A DNA stretch of 63,473 nucleotides, the filler included, from Octopus bimaculoides (lineage: Eukaryota): NCBI RefSeq assembly GCF_001194135.2. It is 4 parts of 4 records of this genome, joined end to end, with 100 filler letters (N's around TTAATTAATTAA, not from the genome) between each part and the next. Parts side by side here need not be neighbours in the genome. Positions count along the whole stretch, not along the records: positions 1 to 29,586 come from NC_068990.1; positions 29,687 to 41,902 come from NC_068999.1; 2 more parts are not named here. The stretch is one strand, 5' to 3'. This document shows positions 25,056 through 35,974 of this stretch, in pieces; position 1 is the stretch's first letter, and each line of letters begins with the position of its first letter. A model generated the notes under the pieces. That model was not told the origin of the DNA and searched no databases. It worked only from the letters and a program-made list of their open reading frames with translations. Made by a program: the position numbers and the translations under genes.

Positions 25056-25519
25056 GATGTTAACATAAAGCTAAAGATCAGAGAAAAAGAAAATATCTAC
25101 ACTGAACTATTGAGGAATGTACAGCTACTCTGTCCAGATTACAAGTTCAGGTTTATACCTGTAATTATTGGGACACTGGGATATGTAACACACTGCCTAA
25201 ACACCAATCTTGAGAAATTAGGCTTCTCAAAACCAGACAGGAGAAAACTGACTTGAAGACTACAGATCCAATCCATCACTAGATTAGTAAAAATCTTTAA
25301 AACTTTGCAGACGTTTATCATTTAAGTATATATGAAAATGTCTAGATATGTAGCTATATGTGTGAGAATACATACATAAAACAAAACATAGACATCTTCA
25401 CATATACATACATACAAAAATACTCTGTTGATGATGTTGAAAATCCAGTGAAGGAGCCTTGGATCTAGGTTAGAAACCGGCTCTTTCTCTATTGGCTAGG
25501 AATCTTGAAATAAAAATGA
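25055..25519 (+). mobile_element. R4/Dong-like family 2, RLE C-terminus plus 3' UTR
   Basis: DVNIKLKIREKENIYTELLRNVQLLCPDYKFRFIPVIIGTLGYV. Clear nucleotide similarity to 49780-50245. Ends in CATA repeats. Confidence 0.8.
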
Positions 25520-26371
25520 CATACATAATTACATGCATGTATACGTAAATTCATACATACAGCTGTTTTGCGAGTAATCTATCCGTTTCTATTTATTTCC
25601 ATCTACTCTTCCTCATACATTTACCCCATTACTTGCAGCATTTTCGTTTTTTCTTTCCATACCCTCATCTTCTAGACTTGTACACAATTGTATGAATAGC
25701 TACCCCCTCACACACACACATTCTCACACACACATATATACACACACACATATGCACGCACACATATACACGAAACGTTTTTGCTGAGAGGTATATATGG
25801 CTCAGTTTCTAAGACAATGGACTTACTAAAAAAAGAAGTGGTTTCTAAATGTCATGCTTATAACAGCATCTTTTATTTATACGTGTTAAAAAAAGGGTTA
25901 TTTTTAAACTATTTATGTTCAAACAGATTCATACACACGTGAATATAATAGAAATAAAAGTCTGAAAAGTAAAAGTCTTTAATATCTTAACTAATAGCTT
26001 TGTATTCTTTTACTTTTTCCTATTACAACTGGTTTGTCTTAAAATCCAACATTTTGATTCTTAATACGAATGAATGGCTTTCTGATTTAGAAGTCCGTTT
26101 CGAAATTAAGTGGCTTCGTGTTCAGTTCCATTGCACTTCATCTTGGGTAAGTGCTTCTATTATATCTTGGGCTCAACAATTGCTTTCTGAGTGACTATGG
26201 TAGATGGGAACTGCGTAAAAGCTCGTCGTGTATTTGTATGTGCAGGTGTGTGCGGGTGTGTACATCGGTGCGTTTGCGGTTATATATATACATATATATA
26301 TTTATATAAAGGGCATTATTACATATATATATATAGTAATCGTTCGAATACCGCAGGTGTTACTATATATA

Positions 26372-26606
26372 TAGTAATCCCTCGACTATCGCGGGTGTTA
26401 CGTTCCAAAAGCTCCCGCAGAAATAGTTGAATTTAAAAAATATAAATACCTATCAGCCACAGAAACCCGGATATACTGAGGAGTCCCGCGATATGAATAT
26501 ACATATATTAGCCAAAAGAAATCCGAGATGTGCCGTGTGTGCGATAGATGAGGTACGATGTACTGAGTGCGCGATAGGTGAACCGCGATATGGTGAGGGA
26601 TTACTG
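26372..26606. mobile_element. Tigger/pogo-like MITE
   Basis: Terminal inverted repeats (T/C)AGTAATCCCTC..ATCGCGG at 26372- and CCGCGAT..GAGGGATTACTG ending at 26606, flanked by TA. No coding capacity. Confidence 0.7.
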
Positions 26607-26849
26607 TATATAGATAGATATAAATTGAAAAGTTAAGAACTTGAGTAGATAAGATTAGATGAGATTAGATAAGAACAGATAATTTCCGGGCTACGTATGT
26701 TTCATAACGAGCGGAACCTCGGAAGTGGTCAAATATCCAAGCGAGGTGTACACTGCAGACTACTTTTCTGGCCAAGGGTATCTTGATTATATGAAGTTTA
26801 ATTTGTCGGTGACACACAGAAGATTCAATCAGAATGCGTAGGAGGGCTT

Positions 26850-27385
26850 CCATGCAATTTCCGTTTACGAAATCCGGCCCAAAGCTATAGTAGAAGGCAC
26901 TTGCCCAGCTGTCTCACTGAGGGACTGAACCTGGAACTACGTGGCTGCAAAGCGAATCTCTTAACCACACACCCATGCCTTTTATTCATTTAGTTGTTTC
27001 AGTCAATTGATTGCGGCCATGCTGGAGCACCACTTTTGGTCGAACACATCGACCTGAGAACTTATTCCTTCTAAGCCTAGTACTTATTCTATCGGTTGTT
27101 TTTGTCGAACCACTTAGTGAAGTGACGTAAACACACCAGCATCGGTTGTCAAGTGACAGTGGGTGACAAACACACACACACACACACAAATAAATACATA
27201 CATATGCGCGCGCGCGTGTGTGTACGACGAGCTTCATTCAATTCCCGTCTACCAAACTCCCTCACAGGGCTTTGGTCGGTCCGAGATTGTAGTAGAAAAC
27301 ACTTTCCCAAAGTACCACGCAGTGGGACTGAAGCCAGAACCATGTGGTTTGGAAGCAAGCTTCTTGCCACACAGTTACGCCTACG
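26850..27385 (-). mobile_element. SINE family B: head fragment (26850-26980) plus near-full copy (26995-27385)
   Basis: Reverse-complement match to 11655-12044. Confidence 0.8.
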
Positions 27386-27664
27386 CCTGTATAATTTTTA
27401 TTAAAAAATCTATAGAAAAAATTCTGCTGTTAAAGTGTTTTTTAATGAAAACAAAAAATTCAGAAAAATTCCTATGAAGACCCCTATGGTAAGTTTATAA
27501 ATGAACATTCTGTGAAGACTGGTAAATAAAATGACGTTTTACTCATAATCTGTGGCTGTAGGGGGTAATAATTTCGAAAATATGTCAGGAATTTATGCTA
27601 AATGGTTTAATTCTGGGCGTGGTTGATGATGTAAAATATGAATACATTTATACTGTTATTTTAT

Positions 27665-27965
27665 TCTTTTAGACGATTTAGTCATTGGACCGCGACCATG
27701 CTGGAGTACCACCTTCAAGGGTTTTGTTGATGATATAGACTCTAGTACATATTTCTCACTCGTAATTATTTTATCAATCGAACAGATAAGAATTCAGACA
27801 TATAGTACAGGCGCAGGCGTATGTATGGGATTGAGAAGCTCACTTGGCAACCATGTGATTTCGGATTCATTCCTTCTGCGTGACACTTCAAGCAAGTGTC
27901 TCCTATTCCAAAGCCGGACCGGCCAATGCATTCTGAGTAAATCTGGTAAGCGGAAACTGCATGGA
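27665..27965. mobile_element. SINE family B fragments: tail on - strand (27665-27760) and head on + strand (27808-27965)
   Basis: Similarity to 11655-12044. Confidence 0.65.
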
Positions 27966-28259
27966 AAGCTATCATATATATATATATATATATATATAAT
28001 AATACAAAGAATATATATATATAATAATACAAAGAATATATATACATGTATACACACATATATGTACATACTTACATCTACATGTGTATATATATGCATA
28101 TCAGGGTACAGGACGTTAGAACAATAAACTACAGACAACGGAACGAACACATAGGAAAACGGAAAGCCACTTGGAATATCCCTTCATCAGCTGTCTCTAT
28201 TCTATCTAGACGTTTCGAATATATANNNNNNNNNNNNNNNNNNNNNNNNNNNNNNNNNN

Positions 28260-28290
<31 letters not shown>

Positions 28291-28356
28291 TGTGTCTGGG
28301 GAGAGTTATTCTCTTAATTTTTCTAAAATTTTCGTTGCATCTTGCAACCTTTTCAA

Positions 28357-28920
28357 AAGGTCAAAACAAAATCAGAAGATACTAAAATGTGTCGTTAATC
28401 GTTGTCGAAACTAGCTGTTTCGATACAGCTCGCCGACCTCACAGCTCAATGGTCGTTGTTCAGATTCCCCTGGCTGCGGCTGGTTTCCTCAAAAAGGAAC
28501 TAACATATTACTAACGTATTTTACAAAAGGCTCTTGAGAAACACAGGGAACCATTTGCAGCCAAAAACTGCTAAGATTAAATTGATTGAGAATTTGCCAG
28601 AGATAGTAAATCTGATGATAATTGGTGTGGTGACATGATTTTACTTTCCTCAAAGTTCTTAACATGGAGATTGGGGATTCCCTTTTTGATGAAGGGAGTC
28701 CCAAAATTGTTACATCGTCTCGTATAAAAGTCAGAGGAAAATAACGTAGTTCTACCTTTATATTTTATAACTAATGATATATTTGCTGAAAATGTCACAA
28801 ATGGTGGAGCTAAATTAGTGGAAGGTATTCCAGGATATAGGGGTTTCTTTTTGAAAAAGAAAATCATAAGTGAGCAGTAAATTTCACAAGAAGCGCTTAT
28901 TTTTAAATTGTGTAACGGAG
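28357..28920 (+). pseudogene. PGK: Processed (intronless), 5'-truncated, decayed phosphoglycerate kinase pseudogene
   Basis: Colinear blocks translated by hand across frameshifts and stops: KVKTKSEDTKMCR*SLSKL (28357-28413), [80 protein letters not shown] and VVLPLYFITNDIFAENVTNGGAKLVEGIPG. They follow, in order, the animal PGK sequence [121 protein letters not shown]..GIP. No intron-sized interruptions. Confidence 0.9.
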
Positions 28921-29332
28921 CGTATCTTCAACGAGATAACCTAAACAGCAGTTTAATTTCGAGTCTTTCTGTCGTAGCTGCTGGTTTATGTAGGACTGAG
29001 GATGTAGAAGTTAATGAGTTCTGCTATTAACATTCGGGAATTAGAAAACTAACCTGCTTTAAAGCTCAGTTTACATACAAGAGAAGTAAAGGAGGTACCA
29101 CATCCATCAGCAAAAATAGCTTTCGCTGTACTCTTGGGAGTAAAACTCTTAATGGCATTCTTTTGTTGTACTCTTGGGAGTAGAACTCTTAAACATTAAG
29201 GGGGTTGTAATGAACTTAACTTCTCTAAAAAAGCGATGTCCTTTTGATAATAGTTTTGGAGGGTTACTTTGCCAATGAACTCACACGCACTGATTTTATT
29301 ATTATTATTATTATTGTTATCGACAAAATCAT

Positions 29333-29520
29333 GAGTACGCTGGGCGAAATGCTTAGCAGTATTTCGTTCGTCTTCACGTTCTGAGTTCAAATTCCGCCGA
29401 GGTCGACTTTGCCTTCCATCCTTTCGGGGTCGGTGAACAAAGTACTAATCAAACACTGAAGTCAATATAATCGACTCCCCCCTCCCGCAAAATTTCAGAC
29501 CTTGTACCTACAGTAGAAAG
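29333..29520 (+). mobile_element. SINE family A
   Basis: GGGCGAAATGCTTAGCAGTATTTCG..GAGTTCAAATTCCGCCGAGGTCGAC; preceded by (ATT)n. Confidence 0.8.
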
Positions 29521-29586
29521 AGATGCCACTTCTAATTGCCTCTTCTAGCTTCTTAACTAGCTCACCCTCTACTCTGTTTCTGTCTA

Positions 29587-29686
29587 NNNNNNNNNNNNNN
29601 NNNNNNNNNNNNNNNNNNNNNNNNNNNNNNTTAATTAATTAANNNNNNNNNNNNNNNNNNNNNNNNNNNNNNNNNNNNNNNNNNNN
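29587..29686. other. Artificial scaffold-join linker 44N-TTAATTAATTAA-44N (also at 41903-42002 and 60496-60595)
   Basis: Identical 100-bp structure three times; the 12-mer gives stops in all six frames. Confidence 0.95.
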
Positions 29687-29847
29687 TATGTATAACTATG
29701 TATATATATATATATATATATACATAGTTATACACACACACATACATATGTATTTATGTAACTTTTGATAACTTTGACAGGTTTCAGCCAGTATAGGCCC
29801 AGGCCATGTCTAACTTAATACCACCACCTGTATATAAATATACATAC

Positions 29848-29894
<47 letters not shown>

Positions 29895-29997
29895 CATACA
29901 CGCACACACAGAAATCTAAAAAAAAAACGGAGCCGAGGTTAAAAAAGAAAAAGACAAACAGGGCGTGCTTTGTTGACGTTGAGGAAAGTTGGAAGAG

Positions 29998-30040
29998 GTT
30001 TTTAACGTTTCGAGCCTACGCTCTTCTACGGATAAAATAG
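29998..30040 (-). ncRNA. Hammerhead-ribozyme-like motif, variant core (copy 2)
   Basis: - strand: TTTTAT CCGTAGA A GAGC-GTAG-GCTC GAAAC GTT AAAAA. Confidence 0.4.
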
Positions 30041-30799
30041 AGGAGGAGAAAGAAAAAAAGAAAGTGAAAAGAACAAGACTATCTCAATTAGACTGTCTTT
30101 ATATGCTGATATGTGTGTGCGTGCGTGTGTGAGTATAACGGGTTTATATAGATACATGCATGCTATTTGCTCCATCTTCATAGTTGATTGCCGAATCTTG
30201 TGCTCCAATAATAATTCCGACTTTCCACCCATGACCTCTCAGTTGACTTATCTGCATGGTTTAAACCATAGGTGACAGACGAAAGTTACTGTGTACTTCC
30301 AACTGGTTCAGTCTGCACACATCACCACAGGACGGGACTTCCAGTTGATGGGAAGTCACCATAAAAAGACATCTGTTCGTCATTGGATTACCGTGATAAA
30401 CGCTTGTACAACACGTGCACCACGCTCTGAGTTTCCGTGATTAGTACCAAAGCAGGACGACCTGTAATCATGTGAAACGGCAGGTTTTATATCAGAGTGA
30501 CCCTCTCCCAGAAGGGCACTGTAGCAACAGCTAGAAGTCCCTCATTCGCTGTGGTTTTACTGCGTGACCTGACACCAACCAAGTGTCTTTCTGCGTCCCT
30601 GCGCTCGAATGGGCTGTCATCACATATGCTAGTTAACCCATAACTGGAACCCTAACAGGTGCTTGTAATTAGGGTCAGAGTAGACCTGGGATCAATAGTG
30701 GCTAAGGGGTGGGTCCGCACCACTCAAGACCCTGGAATTCCTGAACTAGGGCCTCGGATGCAGTTTAAAGTCATGCCAAGGACATACATACATACATGC

Positions 30800-30950
30800 A
30801 TACATAAAGCAAAGCATACAAATCTGCACATATACATACATGAAAAAATATCCTTTTGTTGATGCTGAAATTCCAATAAAAGACCCTTGGATCTAGGTTA
30901 GAAACCGGCTCTTTCTCTTGGCAAGAAATCTTGAAATAAAACTTAATAAT
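30800..30950 (+). mobile_element. R4/Dong-like family 2, 3' UTR end only
   Basis: GGATCTAGGTTAGAAACCGGCTCTTTCTC..AAATCTTGAAATAAAA is near-identical to 25461-25515. (TACA)n on both sides. Confidence 0.7.
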
Positions 30951-31025
30951 GACATACATACATACATACATACGTACGTACGTACACATATATATATAAA
31001 AGTTTGAACGTGCGTGTGTGTATTA

Positions 31026-31212
31026 TTTTACTTGTTTCACTCATTTGACTGAAGCCATGCTGGAGCACCGCCTTTAGTCGAGCAAATTAACCCCAGGACT
31101 TATTCTTTGTAAGCCTAGTACTTATTCTATCGGTCTCTTTTGCGAACCGCTAGGTTACGGGGACGTTAACACACCGGCATCGGTTGTCAAGCGATGGTGG
31201 GGGTACAAATAC

Positions 31213-31251
<39 letters not shown>

Positions 31252-31432
31252 NNNNNNNNNNNNNNNNNNNNNNNNNNNNNNNNNNNNNNNNNNNNNNNNN
31301 NNNNNNNNNNNNNNNNNNNNNNNNNNNNNNNNNNNNNNNNNNNNNNNNNNNNNNNNNNNNNNNNNNNNNNNNNNNNNNNNNNNNNNNNNNNNNNNNNNNN
31401 NNNNNNNNNNNNNNNNNNNNNNNNNNNNNNNC

Positions 31433-31474
<42 letters not shown>

Positions 31475-31618
31475 GATGGGCTTCTTTCAGTTTCCATCTG
31501 CCAAATCCACTCACAAGGCTTTGGTCGGCCCGAAGCTATAGTAGAAGACACTCGCCCAAGTGTGGACTGAACCCGGAACCATGTGGTTGGTTAGCAAGCT
31601 ACTTACCACACAGCCACC
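31026..31618 (-). mobile_element. SINE family B, full length, with an assembly gap in its internal (CA)n
   Basis: Both halves match 11655-12044. Confidence 0.85.
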
Positions 31619-31939
31619 GACAGTAACTTAGTAACTTACAAAAGTGACTCAAAGGCCGAGATTTTTATGTAATGGTACTTATCATGCCCCAAACTCTCGG
31701 TCTTTGCGTCGCTTTTGTTGCTGATTAGAAATAATGAGTACACAAAGTGCATTCTAGAAGTTTTCAGATTTTTCAGCAGAGACATTCATTAATTTCAAAG
31801 AAGTACAAAACCTTTAATCTCCTTCAAAATAAGATCTTCTGGCATCAATGCACTTGCTGTAATGTCCAGTCACTTCGTGAAGATCCCCATAGAAGACCCC
31901 TAAAGTGTTTTGTCTTGTTATTATTCTTACTATATTTGC

Positions 31940-32070
31940 GTAACATTGTTCGTTTTTTTCCGTCCTTGTTTTTGTATACATTCGCTGCTTTCTTCCGAGG
32001 AATCTAATGCTCTTAGCTTAGTTTTTCCTTAGGACTGGCCAGATTGGAGCAATATCGAGAATAACCAAGC
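31940..32070 (+). repeat. Dispersed repeat, also at 63215-63330
   Basis: Both copies share GTAACATT..TACACATTCGCT(T)GCTTTCT..AATGCTCTTAGCTTAG..CCAGATT. Confidence 0.65.
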
Positions 32071-32084
32071 TTCTTACCACCTAG

Positions 32085-32131
<47 letters not shown>

Positions 32132-32630
32132 CACAGATAGATAGATAAAGAGAAAGAGAGAGTTAGTAAGGACTCAACGTGGGTTTTTATGATTTTTAAG
32201 ATGGTAACCACAGAATTGAAAAGAAGAAAAGCACCCGTTTTTTCTCTTTACCGTTTTCTGTCCCCACCCTACTCCTCTAACACTTTTAGAGAATTCAATA
32301 TAGAAGTAAATATAGCGAGTAGTAATAAGATATTTAATTAAGAAAGAAAATCTGATTTAATATCATTAAACAATAGAAAGGTGCGTGATTTCGGCCGATT
32401 TTCTCCTAATTCTACCCAAAATTAGTAAAACTTTTTATTGCTTCAAAACTGAATCTGCAACTGGGATTAGCTAATTAATTTTATAATAACGGCGATTTAC
32501 GAAATTTATTTTTCTAGGCTATGTCTTTTATGAAACTAGTTATTGATAATTCTCACGAAAATGGCTTTAAGTCATGCATGTACATTTGTAACATGGCTTA
32601 TCGCTTGTCGCTAAATTGCTTCAGTTTTAA

Positions 32631-33040
32631 GGCGTTGAGGTGGCCGAATCGTTAGCGTGTTGGGCAAAATGCTTAGTAGCATTTCTTCCGGCTCTTTTCG
32701 TTCTGAGTTCAAATTTCACCGAGGTTAACTTTTCTTTTTTCATTTTTCAGGGTCGATAAAATAGCTACCTATTGAACACTAGGATCGATGTAATCGACTA
32801 ACCACTTCCCCCCAAATTTCAGGCCTTGTATCTATAAAGGGATTATTATTATTATTATTGGGTCGGCAGAATCGCTATCGAGCAGGGCAAAATGCTTAGC
32901 ATTGAAATTCTGCCAAAGTCGCCTTTGCCTTTCATCCTTTCGGGGTCGATGAAATAAGTACCAGTTACGCACAGGGGTCGATGTAATCGACTAGCCCCTT
33001 CCCCCAAAATTTCAGGCCTTGAGTCTTTAGTAGAAAAGTT
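32631..33040 (+). mobile_element. Two head-to-tail SINE family A copies separated by (ATT)n
   Basis: Copies at ~32631-32842 and ~32860-33040. Confidence 0.8.
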
Positions 33041-35111
33041 TATTGTTATTATTTTTATTGAATGAGAGAGCAGCGCATGCCATCAAAGTTCCACTGGGGT
33101 ACAAATATACGAAACCCATTATACCCGTCATGACTACCCGTCTGATAAGGGTACACGAGGCACATGCATTACAACTATATGTGCGTGATATTGTGATCCC
33201 ATATCAACATAAACAGCGCATGACCTTGCAGTTGGGGGTCCAATTAGAATTTTCTTCAAGTCGAGTAGCCCACTCCGCTCAAAAGGTCCCTGAATAAGGG
33301 TTGTTTAAGGATGATGAACGAAACACCTATGTTTCCAGAGGTGAATTATTCAAACGTGGAAACCATTTTGTACCGTTCTTTTAGCAATAGCGCATTCTTC
33401 GTATATAATACAAATGTCTCGAACGGCTTTAGAAGCTTAGAACTTGAGTTTAAAACGACATGTATATATACAAACAGACATGTATATATATATGGTAAAA
33501 AAGAAGACTAATAACAAACGCAATTAGTTTGGCGCACACAATCACATATGGATACATAATTGTGCTTCGAGTCAGTAATATAAAGCAAAAATAAGTAATA
33601 AATAAGTAATATGTTTGTAATAAAGATGGCGTCAAACCCAAGTTGTTTATTTCGTCACGAATTGAATTTTATGATATTCTAATTTATTGTATTATACAAT
33701 CTTCTAATATTTGATTCTCTAATTTATTTCGGCACGAATAGTATTTTAAAATATTATATAACGATTATCTTATTCCAAGGTTGAATAATATTTTATTCCA
33801 AGGTTTAGGATGTCTGGTTTGGAGATGACAGACTCGTTCCAGGCCAAGCTGTTACTTCTTCGCATTGAGAAGAGGTTCACAGCTCTGATCCTACGGACAT
33901 GGGATTAGAATAATCTAAGAACGGAATCACGGAGCGGACTCTATGAGCAACACCGTCTGGCTGGAGACCTTAAGAGTAAACCACGGACGAGTTGGTTGGA
34001 TACAATGTGTCGTCCTCGTTACCCTCATTTGCAGATTTAACCGGAATATTAGATCCCCGAGCTGATATTTGCTTCCGATAAGACCCCTGGAAGGCTTCTT
34101 GCCTGTGGACACAATCCCAAGGTTCTCACAGAAATAAGTGGACGATTAAGATGGATGGAGTAATATTTAGAAAATGTCCGACTTTACAATTTAGTAAACC
34201 TTGGTTCTATGCAAGTTTGTACTTCACCATTTTCTCCATTTTATTGTAATGAACCGAACTTCTTGTTTTTTTTTTTGTACTTTCAATACATCATAAAATT
34301 ACACACATATTTTTGTATTTTATTGAGAGCCTTGACTTTTGGACAAAATTTATAGATAAGTTCTTCCTGTATAGATTTCATTTTTAATAAGCCGGATCTC
34401 GCGTTATCGTTGGGCTGAAATCAATTTCTTAGATTAGTTTTTGAATTCGATAATCCCTTCCCACTACCCCAATTCACACCATTACGTTGTAACAAAAGGG
34501 AAGATACGCCATCATTAATTTATTTCCAACAATTAAATTTTTCTTCTTATTCAATGAGAAAAGGACGCTGATAGATTTGACAAGTTTTTTTTTTTAAATT
34601 TGAATTCTCAAAAAGCTCGTCTTGAAATTAATTCACGTTGATAAAGTCCTTGTTCAAGTCCACTAATATCAAAACCAAATGAAATTCGCATTCAGTTGTA
34701 TTTCTCATCACCTTCAATTGAAATGTAATGAATAAATGTTATTACAACGGTTCCAATATAATATTCTTGTACGCCATAAAAATTATTACCATCGTTTTTT
34801 CCTTGCTCCGTTTTCCTTTCCTTAAAATCCATTATTTTCCCCGCCCATCAAACAAATAATTGATAACACAGTCTTGCAGAGGAATAATGAAGTCACTCAA
34901 TTACGAAAAAAATAAGTGTCGGTAAAATAAGCCAATTGAATCATCCACTTGGAATCTGGAAACCTCGAAGCTAAATAATGAGTCTTTGCAGGAAAGAAAA
35001 ACCAAAATTCTACTTTATTTCGTAATAACAAGATTTGTCGCAGAAGTTTTTGTTGCGGTAGCCATCTGATTTGCGAGTAATATTTACATCTGATTTCTAA
35101 TTAAGGTTTAA

Positions 35112-35292
35112 CTCTTTAGCATTTTAACCAGACATATCAAATCTAAATATTCTGCCTGTTTTATGTTGAAACCAGCTATTTCTGGCCTCTCTTATTTACT
35201 GTAAAATCTCGAAGCCACAAAATAATGCATCATTCATTGAAAACAATCTGAATAAATGTTACATTTGTCAGAATAATGTGAATATGAAGGGG
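35112..35292. mobile_element. piggyBac-like MITE, same family as 45558-45748
   Basis: TTAA|CTCTTTAGC..GAAGGGG termini and a shared internal CAGAATAAT.TGAAT block. Confidence 0.5.
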
Positions 35293-35350
35293 TTTCAATT
35301 TAGATCCGACGAAAGAAAGAAAGACCTGGAAGTATTCATTGTTAAGAGAT

Positions 35351-35732
35351 GTTGTTGCTGTCGTTGGCACTCCGTCGCTTACGACGTCGAGGGTTCCAGG
35401 TGATCCGATCAACGGAACAGCCTGCTCGTGAAATTAACGGGCAAGTGGCTGAGCACTCCACTGACACGTGTACCCTTAATGTAGTTCTCGGGGGATATTC
35501 AGCGTGACTAGGCTGGCCCTTTGAAATACAGGTACAACAGAAACAGGAAGGAAGAGTGAGAGAAAGTTGTGGTGAAAGAGTACAGCAGGGTTCGCCACCA
35601 TCCCCTGCCGGAGCCTCGTAGAGCTTTTAGGTATTTTCGCTCAATAAACACTCACAACGCCCGGTCTGGGAATCGAAACCGCGATCCTATGACCGCGAGT
35701 CCGTTGCCCTAACCACTGGGCCATTGCGCCTC
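35351..35732 (-). mobile_element. Full-length tRNA(Arg)-like SINE, family C, with a perfect 14-bp TSD
   Basis: The - strand head GGAGGCGCAATGGCCCAGTGGTTAGGGC..GGTTTCGATTCCC has A and B boxes. The tail is (CAA)-like. CATTGTTAAGAGAT occurs at 35337-35350 and 35733-35746. Confidence 0.9.
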
Positions 35733-35974
35733 CATTGTTAAGAGATACTAATTAAAAAAACAATAACTTTTATACAATTTGAACGACTGGGATTTCCCGA
35801 TTCGCCTAATTGTTTATTCAAACAATAAGCCGTTAGTGTCACTCAACACTAAATCTAGAATAAATTTGACTCTATTCTCAATATTGAGCCAGCCAATCAA
35901 TGAATGGCGTGTTGTTGTTCTTAAATTTGGTTTCTGGTTTAGGCAGACGGCCAGAAGTTTTGAGTACTAGGGTT

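Noticed and set aside
29587-29686. TTAATTAATTAA palindrome recurring three times (also 41947-41958 and 60540-60551)
   Set aside because: Always flanked by exactly 44 N on each side, so it is an artificial scaffold linker. Adjacency across these points is not biological evidence.
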